DNA of 63,868 bases, the filler included, from Licmophora abbreviata (taxonomy: Eukaryota): assembly GCA_900291995.1 (NCBI GenBank). It is 13 parts of 13 records of this genome, joined end to end, with 100 filler letters (N's around TTAATTAATTAA, not from the genome) between each part and the next. Parts side by side here need not be neighbours in the genome. Positions count along the whole stretch, not along the records: positions 1 to 5,488 come from OLMU01003932.1; positions 5,589 to 7,893 come from OLMU01003933.1; positions 7,994 to 10,298 come from OLMU01003934.1; positions 10,399 to 12,622 come from OLMU01003935.1; 9 more parts are not named here. One strand, given 5' to 3'. Below are positions 1 to 10,422 of this stretch, piece by piece. Position 1 is the stretch's first letter; each line of letters begins with the position of its first letter. A program made the translations under genes and the position numbers. The notes below the pieces were generated by a model, which saw only the letters and a program-made list of their open reading frames with translations, ran no database searches and had not been told where the DNA came from.

Positions 1-666
1 GGAAGCCTCACTCTTGCGCGAGAATCACTAGCAAAACTTGTTAGCAATGAAGCTTTCCTTGGCCAGCGACTGAAGTCGTATCAAGAAAAGCTATCCAAGC
101 GAGACGAGCACCTAAGGAAAGCAGAGGAGGATGTCTTGAAAAATGTAGCTCATCCTCAAGACACAACTCTTTCGCACGAACGCGAAACCCTTCTGGACGA
201 ATCTATCGGTGATGGGGCATTGTCGAGTCACGCGGAAGGTGGGTTCGAGGATGAATACGAGCGGCCGGATCCCGCCAACGAGGAAGCAGAAGAAGATGAG
301 GAGGAGGATGAGGAAACGGGAGAAGTCGAGCGAAATCCTCTTTTGCATGCATCTCTTGAGGAAAGAGAACGTTTTCGTGTCAAGCTACGCGACGAACAGC
401 GATCACTGGAAGCGGTGAAAGAGACGCACCAGAACATACTGAACAACATTCGGCAGCTCAGAAAGAAGATAATGATATTGGAAGAAAAGAAACGAATAAT
501 TGTCAGTCAGACGAATGAATGCCGGGATTTTCTAGTGGCGGCTGCAATGGCAGACCATGCTGAATACGATGGCATGTTCGGGTACACGGACGACGACGAG
601 CAACATGATGGTCGGTTGGAAGGGGAGCGTCAAGCAGAACGATCATCTCCCACGGAAGAGGAGTAA
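1..666 (+). CDS. Hypothetical acidic/coiled-coil protein, 5'-partial
   Basis: Frame 1 is open from base 1 to TAA at 664-666. E/D-rich tract followed by a heptad-like segment (LEAVKETHQNILNNIRQLRKKIMILEEKK). No family recognised. Confidence 0.6.
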   Translation, partial: GSLTLARESLAKLVSNEAFLGQRLKSYQEKLSKRDEHLRKAEEDVLKNVAHPQDTTLSHERETLLDESIGDGALSSHAEGGFEDEYERPDPANEEAEEDEEEDEETGEVERNPLLHASLEERERFRVKLRDEQRSLEAVKETHQNILNNIRQLRKKIMILEEKKRIIVSQTNECRDFLVAAAMADHAEYDGMFGYTDDDEQHDGRLEGERQAERSSPTEEE

Positions 667-852
667 GTAAGCGGATCGTGTACAAAGCTACTGCTTGTCG
701 GCGAGCATGTTGTATTCATAGGACCGGCTTAAGGATGCACGACATCGAAGGGTAGTCTATTTGGATTACAGGTCATAGTTGGAGAAGCTTCTGCTTTTTC
801 TCTTCCCAATGCTAAGTAATACTTGAATTAAAACCGAATACTCAGTGCCTTT

Positions 853-2303
853 CTACAATCCCTGTAAAACCTTGCCCTTCAGGGCTTCCACAAACTTGAT
901 CGCGTCTTCCTCGAGCACCAGTTGCAGTTCCTCTTGTAATGCCGCATAGGACTTGCCTTCCATGACGTGCGCCAGGCAAAAGTCGATGAGCGTCCTTTCC
1001 TCCTCTCCCAAGTATTCTTGAATCTGCGACGCGATGTAGGCTCGCAGCAATGGACGTTGTGCCTCGGGCAGAGACGGAAAGTGCGTTTCAGGATTTGTCC
1101 CAGGGACCGCATCACCTGGCGGCGGTGCTAGTTCCGTAGCGTCCTCTAAGTCAAGCTTGGGACGCTTCCGGGGAGGTCCCTCCGGTGCGCCTGGTGGAGG
1201 CGGGGGTGGGGCAATCCTTCGGGTGGTGGAGGAGGGGGTGCACCAGGGGCCTGTGTCATCCATGCCGGCAAATTGGACATGCCTCGTTTCCCTGATTCTG
1301 TAGCACCAGGAGGAGGCGGTGGCGGCAGCGGTATCGGTGGAGGAGGAACTGATGGCAAGGGCGGTCGCTGTCGTTCTTGTTCCATCTGTTTTCGAATTTC
1401 CGGTAGAAGCTCCTGTATCTTGCGGATCACCAGTTGATTGCGCTGCTGTTGCTGCTTGGCACTGACTTTAGTTAGGTTCAAACGAAACTGTTTGACAGCT
1501 TCCAGAACTTCCGGGGCATTCAAAGGATCCGCGTCTTCGTCATACTGCCCTCCCGCCGCTGCAGCGACACGCTGTGCATCGAGCGCTTCGTTCGTTTCTG
1601 CCAACAAGGTGGCAGAATCGACGGGGAGCTCGTTGCTCTTCGGCTCGGTCACCGCTGATGGATTATTGTCATACTGCTCAATCAATAGGGCCCATTCCTG
1701 CTCGAGCTCTTGCACCAGCGCCTTCGTCGCGTCGTCTGCTTCTTGCGGAATCCTTGGCAATGGAATATCAGGAGACGGTGGTACCAAGTCCACAACGACC
1801 ATGTCCGACGAAAAATCCTTCAAATGAGGATACGCGCACGCCAATCGCCACGCCCCGTCACCATGCGACATGGTCACTAGCGCCATGGACGTACTATGTG
1901 ACTTTTCGTTGTCGTCTTTTGCTGGCGCCTTCGATAGTGCCGGATACCAGACGACCGTCCGCGGCGCGCCACATGGAGCCAGCCATTGGCGCACGGCCAA
2001 ATTGGATTGCAAATGGGGAGGAATATTTCGTAGCAAAATTACATTGGAAGGTGGCGGTACGCTCAAAAGAGTCGGAGGGCCACCGCTTCCTGGGGCTGTC
2101 GGCGGAGCCATTCCTACTGGCGGAGCGGGCGGTGGTACCAGCATCGGCACTCCGGATGCTCCGGGCGGCGGAGGCAACGCGGCGGGGGGATCTCCCATGA
2201 TGGGCGGTGGTGCCATTGCAGTACCATGGGATGGCGGGGGTTCCATGCCAGGGGGCAACGGAGGTGGTACACCGAGCGGAGGGGGCGGGCCAGACGACTC
2301 CAT
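853..2303 (-). CDS. Pro-rich RNA-processing protein with RRM-like region and C-terminal PWI domain (RBM25/SRRM1-type); 1-nt frameshift near 1208
   Basis: ATG at 2303 (MESSGPPP). RRM-like NVILLRNIPP...ALVTMSH, then GMSNLPAWM. PWI-like LRAYIASQIQEYLGEEERTLIDF...LQLVLEEDAIKFVEAL lies in the second frame. Adding one C to the CCCC run joins the frames (EGLPPPPPPPGAPEG). Confidence 0.75.
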
Positions 2304-2572
2304 GGTCACCACATCATCAGCATCACAACAAAACCTCAAACATGAATCTTTGTCGCTCGCGCAAAACCCCCAGCTGCAACGCATACTTCCACGTGGCACC
2401 AGATGAGACTTTGGCGCGCTTTGAGCTTTGTTCAAGATCCACGTCCCTAGGTTTTTCTCCGCGATGCCAAAGAACAATTTGAAATTATGGGAACTCCTTG
2501 AAGTATTGATTGATGAGTGATGGGTTCTCATCCTGTTCGAACAACATCATCAAAGTTTTGACTCGGTCGATA

Positions 2573-4528
2573 ATGTTGGAATCTTTGGAAGCTCAAGTTG
2601 CTGCGCAGCCGCTGGCGATTGCAGTTTTGGTCATGGTCTTTGGTTACTTTGCGTGGGATCACGGTCCTCCGGTTGCTGTGGTGGTACGAACCATCCGACC
2701 CCAAAGCGTTGTGATGGGAGGCACAGCATGGATCTTCTATCGTTTGTTATTGTTGTCTATCGTCGGCTCATCGTCCTCCAGCAGTAAGAGTTTGCTGGCT
2801 CTCTTGGTTGACATTCTCGATCGCATCGAGCATGCGGCATCAGAATGGGTAGTCCTTCCTACTCTACTACAAAGAGTCACGATCATTCTCTACACATTGT
2901 GGGAAGATCTCTTGGTCATCTTGATGCTGGCATCAGCCTACAGACTCCTCTACTGTCTTTACCATTACACCTTCACCGAATGGAAGGATATGGCGATTCA
3001 TCGCATCTACGTATGGGCCAAGGAGCATGTGCCGGTGGTCCGCCGCGAGATTCAGAAAGAGTGCATCAAGGTAAAGAAGGACATCAATAAGATTATCCAC
3101 AAGGATTTGACGGATCCATCTTCTTCTACGGCGATAACAAGATTGCCCACTCAAGGACAGTCCCACAAAGAGATCATTCAGCTCTTGACGGCGCGAGCCG
3201 AAAGTGACCATGCATCATGGAAGGCTGGCAAGGTGTCCGGGACGGTCTACACGACACAAGACAAGGATCATGCGGAACTCATCGAAGCTGTGTATAGTGC
3301 CTATGCCCTGTCAAATCCACTGCATCCCGATGTGTGGCCTAGTTTGAGGCAGATGGATGCAGAAATTGTTGCCATGACGGCGAGTATACTTCGTGGGGAG
3401 GAAACTACGAGTGACAAGGGCGAATCGATCAATGGGCACGGCCCTTTGAATACTCACTCTTCTGTGCATGACATTGTTGGAACGACCACTTCCGGTGGCA
3501 CAGAGAGCATCATTCTCGCCATCAAGGCGCATCGTGCCTACTTTGGAAAACGCCGAAGTATTGCCTACCCAGAGCTCATTTGCGGCTCGACCGCACATGC
3601 CTCGGTCGACAAGGCTTGTGATATGATGAATATCCGCAAGGTCTGCATCCCTTGCGATGCCGTCACGCACACCATGGTCCCGTCGGAGATTGAAAAGTAT
3701 GTGACGAGCAACACTATCATGATATTTGCATCCGCTCCCTGCTACTCACAGGGGACTATTGATCCAATCGAGGAATTGTCTAATATTGCTCAAAAGTATG
3801 ACATTGGACTCCATGTGGATGCTTGTTTGGGAGGATGGGTCTTGCCCTTTGCGAGGAAACTCGGGTATACACTCCCTTCCTTTGGATTCGAGCTGCCGGG
3901 TGTCACCAGTATGAGCGCCGATACTCACAAGTTCGCATACGCCAGCAAGGGTACCAGCGTTGTCTTGTACCGTCACAAGGAACTCCTTCATGCCCAGTAC
4001 TTTGCATACAGCAAGTGGACTGGAGGATTGTACGTTACACCAACGATAGCGGGATCGCGCCCTGGTGGGCTTTTGGCATGTGCGTGGGCGACACTGCAGC
4101 ATATTGGCGAGGCAGGGTATCTCACTCGAGTCCAGAATATTCTCGAAGCGTCGCAAGCCATTGCAGACGGTATCTCCAAGATCCCAGGTATTCACGTATT
4201 GGGTACGCAGCAGCCCACTATGGTGGTCTCCTTCGGCTCGGACGAAGTCGACATTTATCGTGTTGGAGACTTAATGAGCAAACGAGGCTGGCACTTGAAT
4301 TCGCTACAACGTCCCGCATCGTTGCATATTTGCGTTACGCTCAATACCGTCCCGGTGGTTCACGAGCTCGTTGACGCGCTTGGCGACGTTGTCGAAGCTG
4401 TTCGGCGAGAGGATTGGACTGGCAAAAAAGAAGGAATGGCGGGCATCTATGGAATGAGCGAGTCCTTACCAGCCGGTCCTGTCGATGAGATTTTGAATGT
4501 CTACACAGATATGATGTATACGCCCTAG
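2573..4528 (+). CDS. SPL: Sphingosine-1-phosphate lyase (PLP-dependent group II decarboxylase family)
   Basis: WKAGKVSGTVY, SNPLHPDVWP, TSGGTESI, HVDACLGG, SADTHK (PLP Lys), GSRPG, plus N-terminal TM segments. First ATG at 2573. Confidence 0.93.
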   Translation: MLESLEAQVAAQPLAIAVLVMVFGYFAWDHGPPVAVVVRTIRPQSVVMGGTAWIFYRLLLLSIVGSSSSSSKSLLALLVDILDRIEHAASEWVVLPTLLQRVTIILYTLWEDLLVILMLASAYRLLYCLYHYTFTEWKDMAIHRIYVWAKEHVPVVRREIQKECIKVKKDINKIIHKDLTDPSSSTAITRLPTQGQSHKEIIQLLTARAESDHASWKAGKVSGTVYTTQDKDHAELIEAVYSAYALSNPLHPDVWPSLRQMDAEIVAMTASILRGEETTSDKGESINGHGPLNTHSSVHDIVGTTTSGGTESIILAIKAHRAYFGKRRSIAYPELICGSTAHASVDKACDMMNIRKVCIPCDAVTHTMVPSEIEKYVTSNTIMIFASAPCYSQGTIDPIEELSNIAQKYDIGLHVDACLGGWVLPFARKLGYTLPSFGFELPGVTSMSADTHKFAYASKGTSVVLYRHKELLHAQYFAYSKWTGGLYVTPTIAGSRPGGLLACAWATLQHIGEAGYLTRVQNILEASQAIADGISKIPGIHVLGTQQPTMVVSFGSDEVDIYRVGDLMSKRGWHLNSLQRPASLHICVTLNTVPVVHELVDALGDVVEAVRREDWTGKKEGMAGIYGMSESLPAGPVDEILNVYTDMMYTP

Positions 4529-4594
4529 TAGCTAGCAGGTGCCTAGTCATCATTCTTTGTCTGTATGAGTTGAATCATCTCATCATCTTCTATT

Positions 4595-5868
4595 CTACAC
4601 GGATGCTTCCTTTACCATTCCATAGCCGAAGTAGTCCAACGTTCGACAAAGGAGCATGATGATTCCAAATAAGGACACGAAGATCACGCGACGCCAACTG
4701 GGACTTTCTAGAGTTGACTTTGACAAGGCCACGGCGTCCAGGCTTGCAACATCTTCGGCTGTCAGCGTCCATCCCAATGCACCAATCGAGTCGCGCGCTT
4801 GCTTGAGAGATCGACATCCGACAAGTGGAACTGTCCCATGCGCCATGCACCAGTTGAGTGCGATTTGGGCCATGCTCTTGTCATATTTGTTACTGAGCTC
4901 TTTCAAACAATTTCGAAGTGGCAGGATTTCTTTCCACTGCAGACGCAGCATCTTCGCCGGACGATTCGTTTTCCATGTCTGAGGGGTTAACGTGTCAGTC
5001 AAGAGACCCTGTCCAATAGGCGAGAAAGCAATGATCTTTACGCCGACGTCATGGCAGGCTTTTTCCATATCATTAAGCGCAGGGCTGTTATAGTCCAGCA
5101 AGCTGTAGTGAACCTGATTGACCACCACATCTACGCCATACTGCGTGAATAAAACAGAAACAGACATATGCCGTGAGATGGGATGCTGGTATCAGAAGAG
5201 GCTCCATCGACCATGGCGGTACACACCTTCTTCCCAGCGTCAACTGCGCGTCGAACTTGATTCGCGTCACAGTTGCTCAACCCAAACACTCGAAGGAGGC
5301 CTTTTCGTTTGCACAAAGCTGCACTCTCGACCCAGTATTCTATAGGACGCCAATGAACAGGGCTGTGCAATAGGTATATCGGAATGCATTCTATTCGCAG
5401 TCGTCGACATGACTCTCGCAAAGCTCGCTCAAAACAGCCATGACTATACCGCCATGGGACCGGTAAGAATTTCGTCATCAGGATCATGNNNNNNNNNNNN
5501 NNNNNNNNNNNNNNNNNNNNNNNNNNNNNNNNTTAATTAATTAANNNNNNNNNNNNNNNNNNNNNNNNNNNNNNNNNNNNNNNNNNNNACTACTAGTAGG
5601 AGCCTGCGCTAGTCGACCCAGACGCTTTTCAGACGTCCCTCCTCCATAGCCTTCCGCAGTGTCCCACAAGGTCACACCAGCGGATGAGAACTCTGAAACG
5701 ATGGCTCGTGCTTCTGACTCGCAAATGATTCCCTTTGGATTAATCACAGCTCGGTCTACCGGCGTCGTTCCCCACTGTAACGTCCCTACTGCCAAATTCA
5801 CCTTTAAGGCAATGTCTTCGCCAAGAAGGGTCCTTCGGTCGTCGCTTTTCTTTGATGGCAGGCATCAT
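4595..5868 (-). CDS. Aldo-keto reductase (pyridoxal-reductase-like), spans linker gap
   Basis: AVGTLQWG, WDTAEGYGGGTSE, YLLHSP, GLSN, NQVHYSLL, AFSPIGQG, QIALNW. Intron 5141-5226. The ATG at 5868 needs one A removed from the A-run near 5848 (MMPAIKESDDRRTLLG). Gap 5489-5588 lies inside. Confidence 0.85.
5489..5588. other. Artificial scaffold linker N44-TTAATTAATTAA-N44 (stops in all six frames); 12 copies
   Basis: Identical 100-nt linkers at 5489-5588, 7894-7993, 10299-10398, 12623-12722, 15318-15417, 26751-26850, 29167-29266, 32303-32402, 35919-36018, 47482-47581, 59490-59589 and 62541-62640. Confidence 0.98.
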
Positions 5869-6205
5869 GGTAATCTATTTTGGAGATGAGTACTATCTTT
5901 CTGTCGTCATCTCTCTCATCAAGATTTGACTTTCACAACTTGACGGTCTCCATTGTGACTGTTCACTATAGTCAGAATAATAGACCCATTGTTATGACCG
6001 GTGAAAAAAAGCCTATGTGTACAATAGAATATATTGGCTGGCATGCGCTCATTTTATTAACAATAAAAGACAGTCGGTACTCAAAAGATCTGCGCTGACG
6101 GCCGAAAAATTTCCTCTTGCCGCCAAAACTAAAAAACGTGACTGCACTGCTCGTCCACTCATTCACAGTCACTCCCACTTTGTCGCATGCTATCTTTAAA
6201 CCAGA

Positions 6206-6830
6206 ATGCAGCTCACCTGGATCTTACTGACCTTTGTCCTTCTAAAACGGGCGAATGTGGCCTACGCTGTCAAAGGTAGGTTCAATGGGGCAGCAGCAGT
6301 AGAAGACCAGACTCGTCGGCGTCGTCTAGGCAAGGACAAGAAGAGCCCCAAGGCCCCCAAAAAACTCGAGAAAGCCGAACAGGCCGATAAACAAGAGAAG
6401 AAATGTAGTGAGACAAAGATTGTTCGACTCTACGAGGATATGCATAGTGATGCTTCGTAGTGAAATCTGCGACTCAAGATGTCGGCACCATGGACTACGT
6501 CAATATTCCCATCTACGAGCTCGACGATGACGCAGCCGGGGCGCGCAGATCGGCATGTATCAAGGATCCATTACCTATCTTCCTCAAGGCGATTGTACTG
6601 GGAGCTACATGTGGAGTTTTGACTACAACGATGAGATCAAGGCCTACGAGACCCAACTCTTCACACCCCTCACATGTCTTGGACTTGCCAACCCAGTCTC
6701 GGGTGGTACGGGAGATGCCGTTGGTACGTCGGGTGAAATGTACCTATGCGGCAATGTGCTGAATCAGGGGAATGAAGAGACAGATGAAGCAATTGGGGAG
6801 ATTCTTTGTTTTGTCACGTGCACAATGTAA
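6206..6830 (+). CDS. Secreted protein with RxL/Lys-rich propeptide and a putative dirigent/allene-oxide-cyclase-like beta-barrel; two 1-nt frameshifts
   Basis: Signal peptide MQLTWILLTFVLLKRANVAYA, then RRRRL-GKDKKSPKAPKK. Three consecutive ORF pieces join by adding one base at TT (about 6454) and one at GGGG (about 6540). C-terminal ANPVSGGTG motif. Confidence 0.55.
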
Positions 6831-7462
6831 AACTCGTTTGCCACATTCATTCACGCCGCTAGTTGGAGATGCGCTGCAATCGCGACGTACATGACGTGCA
6901 AAGATTTAACATATAGAGTAGACCTATCAACCAGGGAAGTGTTGGCTCCCTTAGAAGCTTCTAGCATACGACTGGCATTAATAGAAAGTTGAGCACCAGG
7001 TGCGTTAAATGGCTCTCAATTTTCTTTGCGAACGTTCCATCCCATCGGGACCAGCACGCTGGGGGTCAACCATCTCCTGACACCCTATGTGGACTCCGGC
7101 GTTCGCCGGGGCGTGCTGAAGGCGATGGCCCATGGCATACTACGAATGATGGAATAAACGAATCAAACTAAACAACTTTCCTGGACAGAAGAGAGAGAAG
7201 AGGAGGGTACACATCAGCTACCGCTACAGGTAGTCTACTTGTCTCACGAAGTGACACAGCCTCCCCATTTCTCGATCGAGGCATTTATTCTGGTATAAAT
7301 CCGCATTCAAGCCACGCCTCGTTTGTTAACAGTCTCTTACGAAGTTTTTTTTTAGTTTTCAAAGATATTAGTGTAGCGTCAGTATATAATGTACAACAAA
7401 ACGAAGCTGAACACTCCTAACTGACGCAGTCGTCTCATCTGCAAAGCACAAGCTACAAACAT

Positions 7463-8530
7463 CTAGTAGCCAGCTTCGAGACCAAACAACATGACCGACG
7501 AAGGGGAACGAGAGAGCTTTCCCTCTTCTTCCTTGTCGTCATCGACAGTTGGGTGCTGCTTCTCTTCCCAGGCATGGAATCCTTTCGCATGCGTCTCGGC
7601 GTGCAAGTGATGAACAAACTCATCCAAGTGTTCTTCCAAGTGTTCATCGCTGTCCATCTCGAAGTGAGACTCGAGGTGGAAACGATCTTCGAGCGCATGA
7701 AAGTCCACAGGCGCGGTAGTGGACGTGATGACATCAAAGTTGCCCTTGGCAGAGGCGCGGCGGAAGTAGCTGCGGGCGCAAGCGTAGGGATCAGTAGTCA
7801 CGACCGGATTCTCCGGGTGGAGGAAGTCCACGGCCGACTTTTGGAGAGCCTTGGCATCCTCCAAGATACGGGCACGCTCTTGGGCTTCCTCAANNNNNNN
7901 NNNNNNNNNNNNNNNNNNNNNNNNNNNNNNNNNNNNNTTAATTAATTAANNNNNNNNNNNNNNNNNNNNNNNNNNNNNNNNNNNNNNNNNNNNGGCTTCC
8001 TCGACAGTCTCCTGTAGGGCAGCCGCGGAGGGACGAGAAAAGTAGTTGCGTCCACAAGCGCAAGGATCCGTGGTGAAGACGGCTTCCTCGGGATGGGCAA
8101 AGTACTGGGCGAGCTGCTTGAGCTGCTTGGCATCTTCCAAGACGCAAAGGCGCTCGGCAAGAAACTCGTCGTAGTCTGTGTATGCAGGGAGGAGAGAAAG
8201 TTCCGATTTTGTGGTGAGCGAACGAAAGATACTTTCAGGCAGGAGCAGTGTCGGTGTTTGAGATTGACACGTACCATCGTCTTCGTCGTCACTCGAGTCC
8301 TCGTCCGACTCCTCCTCGGAGGTAGTGATCGAGGGGGTGTCGAGGACAGAATGCACGCCTGCATCCAAGGACGACGGGACATCTTCCGCCGCGACGAGTG
8401 GGGTCGCCTTGGCGGCGGTAGAGGGGGTGGATTCACGTCCTCCCACGTTCAGATCTTTCGGCTCCTCCTTCTTCTTCTTGAAGATAGGAGTAGCCTTGGA
8501 CTTGACGTGAGAGGACATTGAGGATCCCAT
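7463..8530 (-). CDS. Tandem-repeat protein of unknown function (about 50-aa repeat LEDAKxL...HPE...TTDP.AC.R.YF.R.SA), spans linker gap
   Basis: ATG 8530 (MGSSMSS). Intron 8176-8274. One repeat copy on each side of gap 7894-7993. His/acidic C-terminus ending LSRSPSSVMLFGLEAGY. Confidence 0.75.
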
Positions 8531-9049
8531 GGTGAAAGATAAGGGGGGTAAAGGAAAGGTAGAGGATTACTCTTGACTGGTAAGCTTTTCGATTGGATTG
8601 TGAGACACAAGGATGAGATCACAGAGAGTTTCAGAACAAAACTTCCAATCCGAACGAACGCACTCCAAGCGGGATGTCGCAGATCCTGTTCCTCGATGTC
8701 ATGTGGGTCCTACCATTGCTGAAGAGTGTGTAGAAATGTACAGAGGAATCAGTATCTGTTTTCTCGCAGATTCAAGCCAGCGAGCCAATCAGAGCAGGAG
8801 GTGTCAAGTCAGTCGAGCAGAACGGAAGAATGACATCATCCTCGTGCCATGGATCAGATTGGAGCTCGGAGCTCGATAGCAAGAACCAACGTCTGTCCTT
8901 CCATCGAGTCATTCGTATCTTTCTACGATATTCACGAAACAAAGATCGCGACGGCGCATGACCTCAATGAGAAGCCGGGCTCTGCTGCTACTGCGTCAAG
9001 CATAGAATTGCTCGATCGTATGATACGAACAAGGAAGGCCCGGCCGCCC

Positions 9050-10298
9050 ATGACTCGTCTCTTTGCGCTCGTCCTCGGCTTGATCCTCGCTAGTTCCATC
9101 ACGAATACGTCTTTTGGTTTTGTGTCCTCGGCCTTGGCTTGCAACAGCAACAACAAGAAACAAAATCAGAGGGTCAGTACTACTTGTAGTACCGGTAGTA
9201 CTGGAACTTCTATTTCAAGCAAATCTAGTACTTCTCTTAGCAGCAGCACCACCACCACCACCAGCATGTCGTCGTATACTTCATCCTACCTTTCAGACAT
9301 CCCCATGGGACCTCCAGATGCCATTCTAGGCATCGCGCAAGCCTTTCGTGCCAGTACAGACCCTCGCAAGGTCAATGTCTGCGTCGGTGCCTACCGCGAC
9401 TCCGACGGTCTCCCATGGGTGCTTCCCAGTGTCAGAGCTGCCGAACAAGTCATGATTCAAGAAAATGCCAACAAGGAGTATCTACCCATTGAGGGAGACA
9501 CTGCCTATGTCAAAAAGGCGCTCTCCTTTGCCTACGGAGCTAGTGCTGCCGTGGATGATGGTTCTTTGGCGACTGACTCCTGTTTGGCGGGAGTTCAGAC
9601 TCTGTCGGGTACCGGTGCGTGTCGGATCGGCGGTGAGTTCCTCGGTAGGTTCCTACCCACCTCTACAATTTACATTCCGAATCCCACCTGGGGCAATCAC
9701 TGGAAAATATTCAAGGAGGCTGGATTGCAGACTGCAGGATACCGTTACTACAGCCGTGCTACCAATCGACTCGACATGGACGGTCTATTGGAGGACATTC
9801 GAACTGCACCCGACCATAGCATCATTCTCTTGCACGCATGCGCTCACAATCCGACAGGCTGCGATCCCACACTGCCAGAGTGGGAACAGATTGCTCGAGT
9901 CATTCAAGAGAAGCATCACATTGCCTTTTTCGACTCGGCCTATCAGGGATTCGCGTCGGGGGATGCGGAACAAGATGCGCAGGCACTGCGACTCTTTGTC
10001 GAGAAGGGACTGCCCGTCATGTTGGCGCAGTCCTTTGCCAAGAACTTTGGATTGTACGGGGAGCGCTGTGGGACCTTTTCCGTCGTTTGCGAGAATGCGG
10101 AACAGCGAGACAAGGTCATGAGTCAGTTGCGCTTGATCATTCGTCCCATGTACTCGAATCCACCGAAACACGGCAGTAGTATTGTGCGAACTGTATTGAG
10201 CGACGAGATATTGACACAACAGTACTATACGGAATGTGCCAGTATGGCGCGACGCATTGGAGAAATGCGAACGAAACTCATGGAGACGCTGAAGGCCG
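9050..10298 (+). CDS. AAT: Aspartate aminotransferase (class I), probably plastid-targeted; 3' end lost in gap
   Basis: PPDAILG, KVNVCVGAYRD, QTLSGTGACR, PTWGNH, HACAHNPTGCD, FDSAYQGFASG, SFAKNFGLYGER. Signal peptide MTRLFALVLGLILASS...SFG-F followed by a Ser/Thr-rich transit peptide. Confidence 0.93.
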
Positions 10299-10422
10299 NN
10301 NNNNNNNNNNNNNNNNNNNNNNNNNNNNNNNNNNNNNNNNNNTTAATTAATTAANNNNNNNNNNNNNNNNNNNNNNNNNNNNNNNNNNNNNNNNNNNNAC
10401 TCGCGGCTCAAGCATGGCGACT

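Noticed and set aside
5533..5544. Recurrent TTAATTAATTAA palindrome as a biological repeat, CRISPR-like element or transposon target site
   Set aside because: Always centred in identical N-padding; it is a six-frame-stop scaffold linker.
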